A stretch of DNA of 64,000 nucleotides from an uncultured delta proteobacterium (GTDB lineage: Bacteria > Myxococcota > UBA727 > VGSZ01): NCBI GenBank assembly GCA_963775425.1, contig CAVZJB010000011.1, positions 1,056,001 to 1,120,000 on the forward strand, read 5' to 3'. Positions 9,701 through 19,874 of the stretch are shown one piece after another; within the stretch, counting starts at the first letter, position 1, and every line of letters begins with the position of its first letter. Below the pieces are notes generated by a model. That model was not told the origin of the DNA. It searched no databases and saw only the letters and a list, made by a program, of their open reading frames with translations. The translations under genes and the position numbers were made by a program.

Positions 9701-10650
9701 GCACCGTCCTCGCGTGTCTGCTCAATTGGCGCACCGCCGAGATGACCGTGCGCTCGCTCGAGCGCGTGCTGCAAGAGCTCGTGCGCATCCCCGGCGCGCG
9801 CGCGTGCGTCGTCGACAACGACTCCGGAGACGGCTCCTTCGAGAAGATCTCCGAGGCCGTGCAGTCGCGCGGGTGGTCGAAGCTCGTCGACGTCGTCGCG
9901 TCCGGCTACAACGGCGGCTTCGGCTACGGAAACAACGTGGCGCTGCGCCGCGGGCTGTCGTCCGCGGACCCGCCCGACTACTTCTACCTGTTGAACTCCG
10001 ACGCCTTCCCCGACGACGGCGCCGTCAAGCGGCTCATGGAGCACCTCGACGAGCACCCGCGCACGGGCCTCGCGGGCAGCTTCATCCACGCCCTCGACGG
10101 GCGGCCGCAGGAGTCTGCTTTCCGCTTCCCGAGCGTCCTCGGCGAGGTCGAGCGCACCGCCCGCTTCGGCGCGCTGAGCGCCGTGTTGAACGACAAGAGC
10201 ATCGTCATGCCCATCCCGGAGCAGACCGCGCCGGTGGATTGGGTGGCGGGCGCCTCGATGATGATCCGGCGCCGGGTCCTCGAGCAGATCGGGCTCTTCG
10301 ACGAGACCTTCTTCCTCTACTACGAGGAGACGGACCTCTGCCTGCGGGCGCGGCGGGCGGGATGGGACATCGACTACGTGCGCGACTCGTCGGTCGCCCA
10401 CATCGGCGGTGCCTCCACCGGCGTGCAGTCCCACACCGTCGTCAAGAAGCGAATGCCCGAGTACATCTGGGCGTCCCGGCGTCACTACTTCCTGAAGAAC
10501 CACGGGCGCGCGACGCTGTGGGCGGCGAACGCCGCGATGTTCGTGGGTGGCGCGTCCTTCCGCGTGCGACGGGTGCTCCAACGAAAGCCGGATCCCGAAC
10601 GTCCGCGCGAATGGCTCGACGGCGTCCTCTATAACATGCGCCACCCCTGA
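9697..10650 (+). CDS. Glycosyltransferase family 2 (rhamnosyltransferase-like)
   Basis: VVDNDSGD, NGGFGYGNN, LLNSD, GLFDETFFLYYEETDLC. Confidence 0.9.
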   Translation: MSTVLACLLNWRTAEMTVRSLERVLQELVRIPGARACVVDNDSGDGSFEKISEAVQSRGWSKLVDVVASGYNGGFGYGNNVALRRGLSSADPPDYFYLLNSDAFPDDGAVKRLMEHLDEHPRTGLAGSFIHALDGRPQESAFRFPSVLGEVERTARFGALSAVLNDKSIVMPIPEQTAPVDWVAGASMMIRRRVLEQIGLFDETFFLYYEETDLCLRARRAGWDIDYVRDSSVAHIGGASTGVQSHTVVKKRMPEYIWASRRHYFLKNHGRATLWAANAAMFVGGASFRVRRVLQRKPDPERPREWLDGVLYNMRHP

Positions 10651-10664
10651 GCTAGCGTGAGCGC

Positions 10665-11537
10665 ATGAAGGGCATCATCCTCGCCGGCGGCAGCGGCACT
10701 CGACTCCATCCGATCACGAAGGCGGTGAGCAAGCAGCTCATGCCCGTCTACGACAAGCCGATGGTCTACTACCCGTTGGCGGTGTTGATGCTCGCGGGCA
10801 TCCGCGAGGTGCTGATCATCTCCACCCCGCACGACCTCCCGCTGTTCAAGCGGTTGCTCGGCAGCGGGGCCGACGTCGGCATGGACTTCCGCTACGCCGA
10901 GCAGGCCGCGCCCAACGGCCTCGCCGAGGCGTTCATCATCGGCCGCGAGTTCATCGGCACCGAGAGCGTGTGCCTGGTGCTCGGCGACAACGTGTTCCAC
11001 GGCCACGGGCTGGCCACGCTCCTGCAGCGCGAGGTGGAGGCGCTCTCGGGCTGCACGCTCTTCGGCTACGCGGTGAAGGACCCGGAGCGCTACGGCGTCG
11101 CCGAGGTGGCCCCCGGCGGGAAGATCCTCTCCATCGAGGAGAAGCCCAAACAGCCCCGCTCCAACCTCGCCGTCACGGGCCTCTACATGTACGACAACGA
11201 TGTCGTCGACATCGCCGCCAAGCTGGCGCCGTCGCCGCGCGGCGAGCTCGAGATCACCGACGTCAACAACCACTACCTGCGGCGTGGCGGGGCCCGCCTG
11301 GTCACCCTCGGACGCGGGATGGCATGGCTCGACACCGGCACCCACGACAGCCTGCTGCAGGCGGCGACTTTCGTTCAGGTGCTGGAGCAGCGCACGGGCA
11401 TCCAGATCGCCTGCATCGAGGAGATCGCGTACCGCATGGGCTACATCGACGAAGCGCAGCTCCAGAAGCTCGGTTCGGCCCTGGGCAAGTCCGGCTATGG
11501 CGAGTACATCCTCCGGCTGGCCAAGCACGAGGAGTGA
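10665..11537 (+). CDS. rfbA: Glucose-1-phosphate thymidylyltransferase
   Basis: [48 protein letters not shown]. Confidence 0.97.
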   Translation: MKGIILAGGSGTRLHPITKAVSKQLMPVYDKPMVYYPLAVLMLAGIREVLIISTPHDLPLFKRLLGSGADVGMDFRYAEQAAPNGLAEAFIIGREFIGTESVCLVLGDNVFHGHGLATLLQREVEALSGCTLFGYAVKDPERYGVAEVAPGGKILSIEEKPKQPRSNLAVTGLYMYDNDVVDIAAKLAPSPRGELEITDVNNHYLRRGGARLVTLGRGMAWLDTGTHDSLLQAATFVQVLEQRTGIQIACIEEIAYRMGYIDEAQLQKLGSALGKSGYGEYILRLAKHEE

Positions 11538-12079
11538 GCGTGGAGCTCGTCGACCTTCCCCTGTCCGGATTGAAGCTCCTGAAGCCCAAGGTGCTGAAGG
11601 ACGCGCGAGGCTTCTTCGTGGAGTCGTTCCGCAGCGAGTGGCTCGACGTGAATTTCGTCCAGGACAACCACTCGCGCTCCGTGAAGAACACCATCCGCGG
11701 CCTCCACTTTCAGCGGGCGAGCGACAAGGGCCCGGGCCAAGCCAAGGTCATGCGCGTCGCGCGCGGCCGCATCTTCGACGTCGCCGTGGACATCCGGCCG
11801 GGCTCGCCCACCTTCGGCAAGTGGCACGCCGAGGTGCTCGACGACGAGAGCCATCACCAGCTCTTCGTCCCCATCGGCTTCGCGCACGGCTTCTGCGTGC
11901 TCTCTGAGGCGGCCGACGTCCTGTACAAGGTGAGCTCGTACTACGACGCGGAGAGCGAGAGCGGCTTCGCCTTCGACGACCCCGCCGTCGGCGTCGCCTG
12001 GCCGGTGACGCGCGAGCAGGCGCTGTTGTCCAAGCGCGACGTCGAGGCGCGTCCGTTGCGGGACGTGGTCGCGCGCTGA
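11534..12079 (+). CDS. rfbC: dTDP-4-dehydrorhamnose 3,5-epimerase
   Basis: [44 protein letters not shown]; GTG start overlapping the rfbA stop. Confidence 0.95.
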   Translation: MSVELVDLPLSGLKLLKPKVLKDARGFFVESFRSEWLDVNFVQDNHSRSVKNTIRGLHFQRASDKGPGQAKVMRVARGRIFDVAVDIRPGSPTFGKWHAEVLDDESHHQLFVPIGFAHGFCVLSEAADVLYKVSSYYDAESESGFAFDDPAVGVAWPVTREQALLSKRDVEARPLRDVVAR

Positions 12080-12080
12080 G

Positions 12081-12635
12081 GTGGCGATGCCGTTCGGTCT
12101 ACTCGAGCTGCTGGACACGGTGCGCGAGGACTGGGAGGCGCACGAGCGCGACTGGACACGGCCCGGCTTCCGCGCCGTCGCCGTGCATCGCTTCGGCAAC
12201 TGGCGCATGGGCATCAAGCCCTTCGTGCTGCGCGCGCCGATGTCGGCGGCGTACAGCGTGATGGCGCGCCACTGCCGGAACAACTACGGCATCGAGCTGC
12301 CGTGGTCGGCCAAGCTCGGCCGCCGCGTCAAGGTGGAGCACCAGGGCGACATCGTCGTGCATGGCAGCACCGTCATCGGCGACGATGTCGTGCTGCGCCA
12401 GGGCGTGACCATCGGCATGCGCGACAAGACCAACCACACCGAGGCGCCGCACATCGGCAACGCCGTGGACATCGGCGCGGGCGCCAAGATCCTCGGGCCC
12501 GTTCACGTCGGCGACGGCGCCGCCATCGGCGCCAACGCGGTGGTGCTCGGCGACGTCCCCGCCGGGGCGCTCGCCGTCGGCGTCCCCGCCCGCATCATCG
12601 GCGCCGAAAGGCGCGGCAAGAAGGAGCCCGCATGA
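12081..12635 (+). CDS. Serine acetyltransferase-like hexapeptide O-acetyltransferase (WcaB-like)
   Basis: Left-handed beta-helix repeats: IGDDVVLRQGVTIG, IGAGAKILGPVHVGDGAAIGANAVV..VGVPARII. Confidence 0.88.
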   Translation: MAMPFGLLELLDTVREDWEAHERDWTRPGFRAVAVHRFGNWRMGIKPFVLRAPMSAAYSVMARHCRNNYGIELPWSAKLGRRVKVEHQGDIVVHGSTVIGDDVVLRQGVTIGMRDKTNHTEAPHIGNAVDIGAGAKILGPVHVGDGAAIGANAVVLGDVPAGALAVGVPARIIGAERRGKKEPA

Positions 12636-13714
12636 GCCCCGAGGTCCTCGACAGCCCGCGCGCAGCGCGCAGGATGCTCGTCACGGGAGGCGCCGGGTTC
12701 ATCGGGTCGTCGTTCGTGCGCTCGCTGTTCGCCGCCGCCGCGGTGGATCGCGTCGTCAACCTCGACCTGCTCACGTACGCGGGCAACCTCGACAACCTCG
12801 AGGGCCAGGTGGATCTCGACCGCTACGTCTTCGCGCGCGGCGACATTCGCGATCAAGCCCTGCTCGAGAAGCTCATCGTCGAGCACGACATCGACACCGT
12901 GGTGCACTTCGCCGCCGAGAGCCACGTGGACCGGAGCATCCACGGGCCGCGCGACTTCATCGAGACCAACGTCCTCGGCACGTTCGCCATCCTCGAGGCC
13001 ATGCGCGCGCGCAAGGCGGCGGGGCAGGTGGTCCACCTGCACCACGTCTCCACCGACGAGGTCTTCGGCTCCCTCGGTGACACCGGGTTCTTCGTCGAGA
13101 CCACCGCGTACGATCCGCGCTCGCCCTACTCCGCGTCCAAGGCCGCCAGCGACCACCTCGTCCGCGCCTACGCGCACACCTACGGGCTGTCGACGACGGT
13201 GTCCAACTGCTCCAACAACTACGGCCCGTACCAGTTCCCCGAGAAGCTCATCCCCTTGATGATCGCCAACTGCCTCGAGGGCAAGCCGCTCCCGGTCTAC
13301 GGCGACGGCCAGAACATCCGCGACTGGCTCTACGTGGACGATCACGCCGAGGCCATCCGCGCGGTGCTGGCGCGCGGCGGCCCGGGCACCACGTGGAACG
13401 TCGGCGGGCGCAACGAGTGGAAGAACCTCGACCTGCTCCATGCGCTCATCGACGTCGTCGCCCGCCTGACCGGCAAGCGCGCCGAGGACCTGCGCGGCCT
13501 CATCACGTTCGTCAAGGACCGCCCGGGGCATGACCGCCGCTACGCCATCGACTGCGAGAAGATCGAGACCCACCTCGGGTGGAAGCCGCGCCACGACTTC
13601 GTCGCCGGCATTGAAAAGACGGTGCAGTGGTATCTCGACAACGCCACCTGGATCGCGCGCGTGAAGTCCGGCGCCTACCGCGAGTGGCTCGAGAAGAACT
13701 ACGGCACCCGCTGA
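12632..13714 (+). CDS. rfbB: dTDP-glucose 4,6-dehydratase
   Basis: LVTGGAGFIGS, HFAAESHVDRSI, HVSTDEV, SPYSASKAASD, DRPGHDRRYA. Confidence 0.96.
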   Translation: MSPEVLDSPRAARRMLVTGGAGFIGSSFVRSLFAAAAVDRVVNLDLLTYAGNLDNLEGQVDLDRYVFARGDIRDQALLEKLIVEHDIDTVVHFAAESHVDRSIHGPRDFIETNVLGTFAILEAMRARKAAGQVVHLHHVSTDEVFGSLGDTGFFVETTAYDPRSPYSASKAASDHLVRAYAHTYGLSTTVSNCSNNYGPYQFPEKLIPLMIANCLEGKPLPVYGDGQNIRDWLYVDDHAEAIRAVLARGGPGTTWNVGGRNEWKNLDLLHALIDVVARLTGKRAEDLRGLITFVKDRPGHDRRYAIDCEKIETHLGWKPRHDFVAGIEKTVQWYLDNATWIARVKSGAYREWLEKNYGTR

Positions 13715-13729
13715 TCAAAGCGCGGCCGC

Positions 13730-15259
13730 TCAGCCGTGGCAGCTCGCGTACACGGCCGTCACGTAGCCCGTGACCTGGCCGTCGGTGATCTTGAACCAGG
13801 TGGTGTTGCCGTCGATGTCCTGTCCGCTGTCGACGGTGTCGAGTCGGTCGACCAGGCTGCCGTCGTCGAGGGTGCCGACCGCGGCGTGGCTGGTGTTCGG
13901 CTGCGGGCGGATGTTGAGCACGCTGCCGGTGTCGTGGACGAGGATGCGCGGGCACGGATCCGGCGGCGGGGGCGGCGGCTCGGGGTTGGCGTCGTCGAGG
14001 CGCGTCACGCGCATGCCGTCGAACGTGAGCTCGCGGCCGAGGGAGCTGTGCTCGCCGGTGTTGTCGTTCAAGCGCACCTGCTGTCCAGCGCCCGTGCGCA
14101 GGTGGTACGCGCCGATGGAGACCCAGCCCTTCTGCGACGACTGATCGATCACCGCGTCGGTGGCGCCGTCGGCGTGGGTGATGGCGTAGCGCGCCTGCTG
14201 CGACGTTCCGTGATCGGGGTCGACGTAGACCTCGAGCTCGTAGGTGCCGTCCACGGTCACGTTCAGCGTCCACTCGCCGTAGTTCTCCGTCCGCGACGCC
14301 GCCGTGGTCCCCGTGGTGATGAGGTCGCCGTCGTTGCCCGCGCCGGTGACGCCGTGCAGCCACTGCTGGCCGCCGCCGGCGTGGAAGCAGGCGTCGCCGT
14401 CGTCGATGACGCCGCCGTCCGCCGGGAGCGCGGTGCACTCGCCGCTGGACGCCGGCGGGGGCGGCGGCGCGGGCGGGGGCGGCGGCGGATCCGCGGGCGG
14501 CGCCTCCTGGCCGATCTCGAGGGCGTGCAGATCGGCGAGGGTGCCGTTAAAGACGTCCATGTCGACGCTGTTGCCGCCGATGCCGCGCACGTGGCCGGAC
14601 TCGCTGTGCTGATGGAACGTCCACATCGCCCAGTGCGGCGGGACGAACGGGCAGCTCGTGCCGTAGTGGGCGATCCACAGCGGCGAGCGGGTCTGATCGG
14701 CGCCGCCCACCGAGTCGCGCCAGAAGTACGGCCCCGTGTACACGATGGGGCGCACGCCGAGCGCGGCCTCGACGTGATCGAGCCAGCGGTTGACCTTGCT
14801 CGCGATGGTGGAGGCGCTCTGGCCGTCGGCGCTCTCGACGTCGATCACCGGCGGGAGATCGCCCGGCCCGAGGGTCCCCACCTTGTCGATCAGCAGGTCG
14901 GCCTCCGCGATCGGATCCTGGTTGCTGCGGAAGAACTGGTAGGCGCCGCGGAGGACGCCGGCGTCCCGGGCGCCCTGCCAGTTGCGGTCGAACTGGCTGT
15001 CGTTGAAGTGGGCGCCGTCGGAGACGCGGATGAAGGCGAAGTCGACGCCGTCGGACTTCACCTGGTTCCAGTCGATGGTGCCCTGGTAGTAGCTGACGTC
15101 GATGCCCTTCACCGTGGTCCCGGGCGCGCAGCTGCGGGTGAAGGCCTTCTCGTCCTCGCCGACGAGGCCGGCGCCCATCACGGCGCCTTCGTCATCGACG
15201 CCGTTGACGCAGGACATGAGCGGGATCAGGCCGATAAACGCGATGGTGAGCTGGCGCAC
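13730..15259 (-). CDS. GH25 lysozyme lipoprotein with a golvesin/CBM-like beta-sandwich and a C-terminal SH3b domain
   Basis: GIDVSYYQG, GAYQFF, PPVIDVE, LWIAHY; poly-Pro linkers; LNIRPQPNT...WFKI..GYV (SH3b). GTG start at 15259 with a GGGAGG RBS. Confidence 0.88.
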   Translation of the reverse strand: MRQLTIAFIGLIPLMSCVNGVDDEGAVMGAGLVGEDEKAFTRSCAPGTTVKGIDVSYYQGTIDWNQVKSDGVDFAFIRVSDGAHFNDSQFDRNWQGARDAGVLRGAYQFFRSNQDPIAEADLLIDKVGTLGPGDLPPVIDVESADGQSASTIASKVNRWLDHVEAALGVRPIVYTGPYFWRDSVGGADQTRSPLWIAHYGTSCPFVPPHWAMWTFHQHSESGHVRGIGGNSVDMDVFNGTLADLHALEIGQEAPPADPPPPPPAPPPPPASSGECTALPADGGVIDDGDACFHAGGGQQWLHGVTGAGNDGDLITTGTTAASRTENYGEWTLNVTVDGTYELEVYVDPDHGTSQQARYAITHADGATDAVIDQSSQKGWVSIGAYHLRTGAGQQVRLNDNTGEHSSLGRELTFDGMRVTRLDDANPEPPPPPPDPCPRILVHDTGSVLNIRPQPNTSHAAVGTLDDGSLVDRLDTVDSGQDIDGNTTWFKITDGQVTGYVTAVYASCHG

Positions 15260-15359
15260 GGGAACCTCCCTCTGACGCGCACAGCCTCCTCCCGACCCCG
15301 ACCTGTGTGCGTCCGTCACACGACGGTGCGACGTCGGCCGGGCCGTCCGCCCGCTGACG

Positions 15360-15386
15360 GAGCGGGGCGCCCCAGGGCGCCCCGCT
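15360..15386 (-). terminator. Perfect hairpin between the two GH25 genes
   Basis: GAGCGGGGCGCCC-A-GGGCGCCCCGCTC, about 40 nt downstream of the stop at 15427; no U-tract. Confidence 0.5.
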
Positions 15387-15426
15387 CGTCCTCCCGATGT
15401 CCGAGCCAGGCGGCCGGGACCGCGGC

Positions 15427-17388
15427 CTAGCGCGCCCAGATCGGCACGAGGCCGCGGTCGTGGGCGCGCACCGCGAGGGTCGCCAGCATCGAGCGGGTCG
15501 CCTCCATCCCGCCCTTGAAGACGCGGCCGCCGTGGCCGTCGTCGTAGCCCGTGAACAGCCCGGCCTCGGCGACGCGGTTGTGGGCGGCCTCGTTGGCGGA
15601 GCCGTCGTCATCGGTGAAGTAGTCGCGCGTGGCCGGCGGCAGCGCATACATGCGGCTCAGGACGACCGCGAGCGTGTTGCGCGTGGCGATGGTCCCCGGG
15701 CGCACGTCGCGGTTGCCGAAGCCGACCATGACGCCGTAGTCGCTGGCGGCGTTCAGGTAGCGCTCGTAGCGCGTGCCGTCGTCGTCGTCGAAGGCGTCGG
15801 CGTGGCCGGCGAGCGGGACGCCCGCCGCCGCGCCCAGGACGTACATCAACTGCGCGCGGGTGGCTTTCTTGTGCGGGCAGAACGCGGGCTGCCCGGCCAG
15901 ATCGCGGCAGGAGAAGTCGACGCCGAGCTCACCCACGAGCCGATCGTGGTTGCCGGCGGCGGAGCTGCCGTCGTCGTCACAAAACGCGCCGTCGAAGTTG
16001 CCGCTCAGGCAGCGCGCGGGGATGTTCCAGACCGGCACCAGCGCGCGTTGGTGGGCGCGCACCGCGAGCACCGCCAGCGTCGAGCGCGTGGCCTGCTTGG
16101 AGCCCCGGAACGCGCGGCGCGTGTGGTGCGCGTCGGCGAACCCGGACATCAAGCCGGCCGCGGCGACCGCGTTGTGGATGTGCTCGTTGGCGGAGCCGTC
16201 GTCGTCGTAGAAGTAGTCGCGCTGGACGTTCGGCAGCTTGTACATGCGGTAGAGGAACGCCGCGAGCTGGTTGCGGTCGGTGACCGCCGTCGGGTGCACC
16301 TGCCGATCGCCGTAGCCGACGATGATCCCGTACGCCTTCATGGCGTCGAGGTAGCGCTCGTGCGGATCGTTGTTGTCGTCGCGGAAGGCGTTCGGGTGGC
16401 CGGCGAGCGGGATGCTGGCGGCCTTGCCGAGGACGAACGCGGCCTGCGAGCGCGTCGCCTTGTCGCCGCCGCAGAAGGCGGGTGAGCCCGCGATCTTCGC
16501 GCAGTGGAAGTTCACGCCGAGCTGGTTCTTCAACTGGTTGTGCGCCTGCTCCGCGCTGCCGCCCTCGTCGTCACAGAAGGCGCCACGGTAGTGGCCGCTG
16601 ACGCACGCGCGGGGAAGGCCGGCGCCGGCGAAGGTGCTCTTGAGCTGCGCGAGGGTGCCGTTGAAGTGGTTGGTGTCGACGTTGCCGCCGATGCCGGCCA
16701 CGCGGCCCGACGACGTGAACTGGTGGAACGTCCAACGGCTCCACGCGCCGGGGACGAGCGGGCACTGCGTGCCGTAGTGGGCGACCCACAGAGGGTGGCT
16801 CGACAGGTTGGCGCCGCCGACGGAGTCCTGCCAGAAGTACGGGCCGGTGTAGACGATGCCGTTCACCCCGAGCTTGTCGTGGATGCGGTTGAGCCACGCC
16901 TTCACCTTGGTGGCGATGGTGTGCGCGCTCTGACCGTCCGCGGACTCGACGTCGATCACCGGCGGGAGATCGTCGGGGCCGAGGTGCCCGCCGATCTTGT
17001 TGATGAGGAGATCGGCCTGAGCGACCGCGCTCTCGTTGCTGCGGAAGAACTGGTAGGCCCCGCGCAGGACGCCGTGGGCCTTGGCGCCGCTCCAGTTCGC
17101 GCCGAACCTGCTGTCGTGGTAGCCGAGGCCGTCGGAGACGCGAATGAACGCGAACTTGACCCCGTCATTCTTGACGCGGCCCCAATCGATTGCGCCCTGG
17201 TAGTAGCTGACGTCGATGCCCTTCACGGTGGAGCCGCCGGCGCACTTCGCCGTCATGGCTTCCTCGTCTGTGCTGCCGACGAAGCCGGCGCCCATGAAGC
17301 CGCCCTCGTCGCCGACCTCGTTCACGCAGCCGAAGAGGCCAAGCGGGATGGCGGCGAGGAGCAGGAGTGAGGTGCGTTGCGTGCGCAT
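15427..17388 (-). CDS. GH25 lysozyme lipoprotein with duplicated SLH-like domain triads
   Basis: Lipobox LFGC; GH25 motifs; two ~195-aa repeats, each with three F.DD...G...TR/DR units (ATRSQ, TDRNQ, ATRST / ATRAQ, ATRNT, ATRSM). ATG 17388 with an AGGAGG RBS. Confidence 0.85.
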   Translation of the reverse strand: MRTQRTSLLLLAAIPLGLFGCVNEVGDEGGFMGAGFVGSTDEEAMTAKCAGGSTVKGIDVSYYQGAIDWGRVKNDGVKFAFIRVSDGLGYHDSRFGANWSGAKAHGVLRGAYQFFRSNESAVAQADLLINKIGGHLGPDDLPPVIDVESADGQSAHTIATKVKAWLNRIHDKLGVNGIVYTGPYFWQDSVGGANLSSHPLWVAHYGTQCPLVPGAWSRWTFHQFTSSGRVAGIGGNVDTNHFNGTLAQLKSTFAGAGLPRACVSGHYRGAFCDDEGGSAEQAHNQLKNQLGVNFHCAKIAGSPAFCGGDKATRSQAAFVLGKAASIPLAGHPNAFRDDNNDPHERYLDAMKAYGIIVGYGDRQVHPTAVTDRNQLAAFLYRMYKLPNVQRDYFYDDDGSANEHIHNAVAAAGLMSGFADAHHTRRAFRGSKQATRSTLAVLAVRAHQRALVPVWNIPARCLSGNFDGAFCDDDGSSAAGNHDRLVGELGVDFSCRDLAGQPAFCPHKKATRAQLMYVLGAAAGVPLAGHADAFDDDDGTRYERYLNAASDYGVMVGFGNRDVRPGTIATRNTLAVVLSRMYALPPATRDYFTDDDGSANEAAHNRVAEAGLFTGYDDGHGGRVFKGGMEATRSMLATLAVRAHDRGLVPIWAR

Positions 17389-17531
17389 TGATGGCCTCCT
17401 TGGAGCGCGCGAGCAAAATGCGCGCATTCCGCCGACGGCACGTCGGACGTGTGGAGTAGGTCGACTCCGTCGACAATCCGATGCGCGATTCGATTCTCCC
17501 CGCTCCTAGGACGGACGTCGTACGTCCGTCG

Positions 17532-18752
17532 TCAGACCGCGGCGAAGGCGGCGGCGAGCAGGCGCGCGGCCTTGTTGGCGTCGTGGCGCTCGAGGACCCG
17601 TCGCCGTCCCTCGGCGCCGAGGCGCTCGAGCTCCTCCGGCGCCGCGGACAACGCCGCGCGCATGGCCTCGACGAGCGAGGGCACGTCGCCGGCGGGGACG
17701 AGCCAGCCGCACTTGCCGGTCTCGACGAGCTCGGGGATGCCGGCGACGTACGTGGAGATCACCGGGCGGCGCAACGCGAGCGCCTCCATGATCACGACGG
17801 GCAGCCCCTCGGCGAAGCTCGGCAGCACCAGCGCGCGCGCGGCGTTCACTTCGTCGCGCACGCGCTCGCCGGTGGCCCAGCCCGTGATGCGCACGGTGCG
17901 CTCGAGGCCGCGGCGGGCGATGAGCTCCTCGGCCTGCGCCCGCATCTCGCCGTCGCCGACGAGGACGATCTCGAAGGGCGCCTCGCCGGACTCCTTGAGC
18001 TGTGCCGCGGCCTCGAGGAGGAGGAGCTGGCCCTTCTGCTCGCAGATGCGCCCGACGCACACGAGGCGGCGCGCGTCCGGGATGGGCCGCAGCCAGCTCT
18101 CGCCGAGGTACCCCTCGTCGACGCCGCACGGCACGACCTTCACCTTGTCCCACGCGCGGGCGGCCGTGCGCCGCATGAGCTGGCTCCGCCCGAAGCTGCT
18201 CACGCCCACGACAAAGCGCGCGCGCGCGATCTTGTCGGCGAGGCGGATGGAGTCCGGCTTGTCGAACTCCTCGGGGCCGTGGGCGGTGAAGGAGAAGCCC
18301 GGGCCGCCGAGGGCCTGCGTGAGCAAGGCCACGGTGGCGGAGTTGGTGCCGAAGTGCGCATGCACGTGCTCGACGCCGTCGCGCTCGAGGAGCTCGGCCA
18401 GCCGCGCGGCCTCCGCGAGATAGGCGAGGTGGACGAGGGGGCCGCGCTCGGACGCGCGGCCGAGATCGAGCGCGAGCCGCAGCGCCGCGAACGCGGCCCG
18501 CGGATCGCGGCGCGCGCGTGCGGCGGCCGCGCGCAGCAGCGAGAGCGCGCCGCGCGCGGTGCTCTCCAGCAGGACCCGGGTGCGGCCGGCCTCGTCGACG
18601 TCGGCGGCGTCCGTGACGTCGTCGCGCGTGTCCCGCACGGAGAAGCGTTCGACCTCGAGGCCCTCGCGCTCGAGCGCCTGGATCTCGCGCCGGATGAAGG
18701 TGTGGCTCACCTTCGGGTATTGGTTCACGAGGTACGCGATCTTCTTGGCCAC
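17532..18752 (-). CDS. Glycosyltransferase family 4 (WcaL-like)
   Basis: YLVNQYPKVSHTFIRREI, HVHAHFG, VGRICEQKG, EGLPVVIMEA; GTG start at 18752. Confidence 0.9.
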   Translation of the reverse strand: MAKKIAYLVNQYPKVSHTFIRREIQALEREGLEVERFSVRDTRDDVTDAADVDEAGRTRVLLESTARGALSLLRAAAARARRDPRAAFAALRLALDLGRASERGPLVHLAYLAEAARLAELLERDGVEHVHAHFGTNSATVALLTQALGGPGFSFTAHGPEEFDKPDSIRLADKIARARFVVGVSSFGRSQLMRRTAARAWDKVKVVPCGVDEGYLGESWLRPIPDARRLVCVGRICEQKGQLLLLEAAAQLKESGEAPFEIVLVGDGEMRAQAEELIARRGLERTVRITGWATGERVRDEVNAARALVLPSFAEGLPVVIMEALALRRPVISTYVAGIPELVETGKCGWLVPAGDVPSLVEAMRAALSAAPEELERLGAEGRRRVLERHDANKAARLLAAAFAAV

Positions 18753-18816
18753 GATGCTTCCCGAGCGCGCTCGGCACAAAACCGGTGCATGATGCCCGAG
18801 GGATGACGTCCGCACC

Positions 18817-19801
18817 ATGACAAAGACAGTCGGCATCGTCGTCATCGGCCGCAACGAAGGGGAGCGGCTCGCGGTCTGCTTGCGGTCGGTCATCGGGCGC
18901 GGCGCTCCCGTGGTCTACGTGGACTCCGGCTCCCGTGATCACAGCCCCGCTCGCGCGCGTGAGCTCGGCGCCGACGTCGTGGAGCTCGAATCCGTCCCGG
19001 CCTTTCACCGCGGCGCGCGGGCGCAACGAGGGCTTCGCCCGGCTCGTCGAGCGCGCCCCGGAGACGCGCTTCGTGCAGTTTCTCGACGGGGACACCGAGG
19101 TCGTCGACGATTGGCTCGAGCGCGCCTGGGCCGTGCTCGCCGGCGACGACGGCGTCGCCGCCGTGTGCGGGCGCCGGCGCGAGCGGTACCCCGAGCGGAG
19201 CGTCTACAACCGCCTCTGCGACATCGAATGGAACACCCCGGTGGGGGAGACCACGGTCTTCGGCGGCGACGTCATGATCCGCGCGTCCGACTTCGTCGCC
19301 GCGGGCGGATACGACGCCGCGCTCATCGCCGGCGAGGATCCGGACCTGGCCGTTCGCTTGAAGAAGACCGGGCGGCGGATCCTGCGGATCGACGCCGACA
19401 TGACGTGGCATGACGCCGCAGTGACCCGCTTTTCCCAGTGGTGGACGCGCGCGTTGCGCGGCGGGCACGCCTTCGCGGAGGGTGCGCAGCGCCATGGCGC
19501 GGATCGCTTCTGGGTGAAGGAGGTCAGGAGCAACTGGGCCTGGGGCGCGGCGCTCCCCGCCGTCGGCCTCGGCATGGCGCTCCCCACGCTCGGCGCGAGC
19601 GCCATGGTGGCCGCCGGCGGCTACGGCGCGCTCTTTTCGAAGATCCTCCGCGACGCGCGAAGGCGGGGGCTGTCCGACGACGATGCGCGGCTGTACGCGG
19701 CGTACACGACCCTCGCCAAGATCCCACAGGCCGTGGGCCAGGCGAAGTATTGGTGGTCCCGCGCGCGGCACCGCCGGTCGCGCATCATCGAGTACAAGTG
19801 A
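18817..19801 (+). CDS. Glycosyltransferase family 2 (one +1 frameshift at about 18990)
   Basis: VVIGRNEGERL..YVDSGS; removing one A at GAATC 18988-18992 gives VELDPSRPFTAARGRNEG..QFLDGD..GEDPDL. Confidence 0.85.
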
Positions 19802-19874
19802 CGGCGCCGCCAAAAACGGCACATACGCTCGCTCCCGTTGGCCGCCGAGGGTGGGACTGATAGAAATCCCGCCA

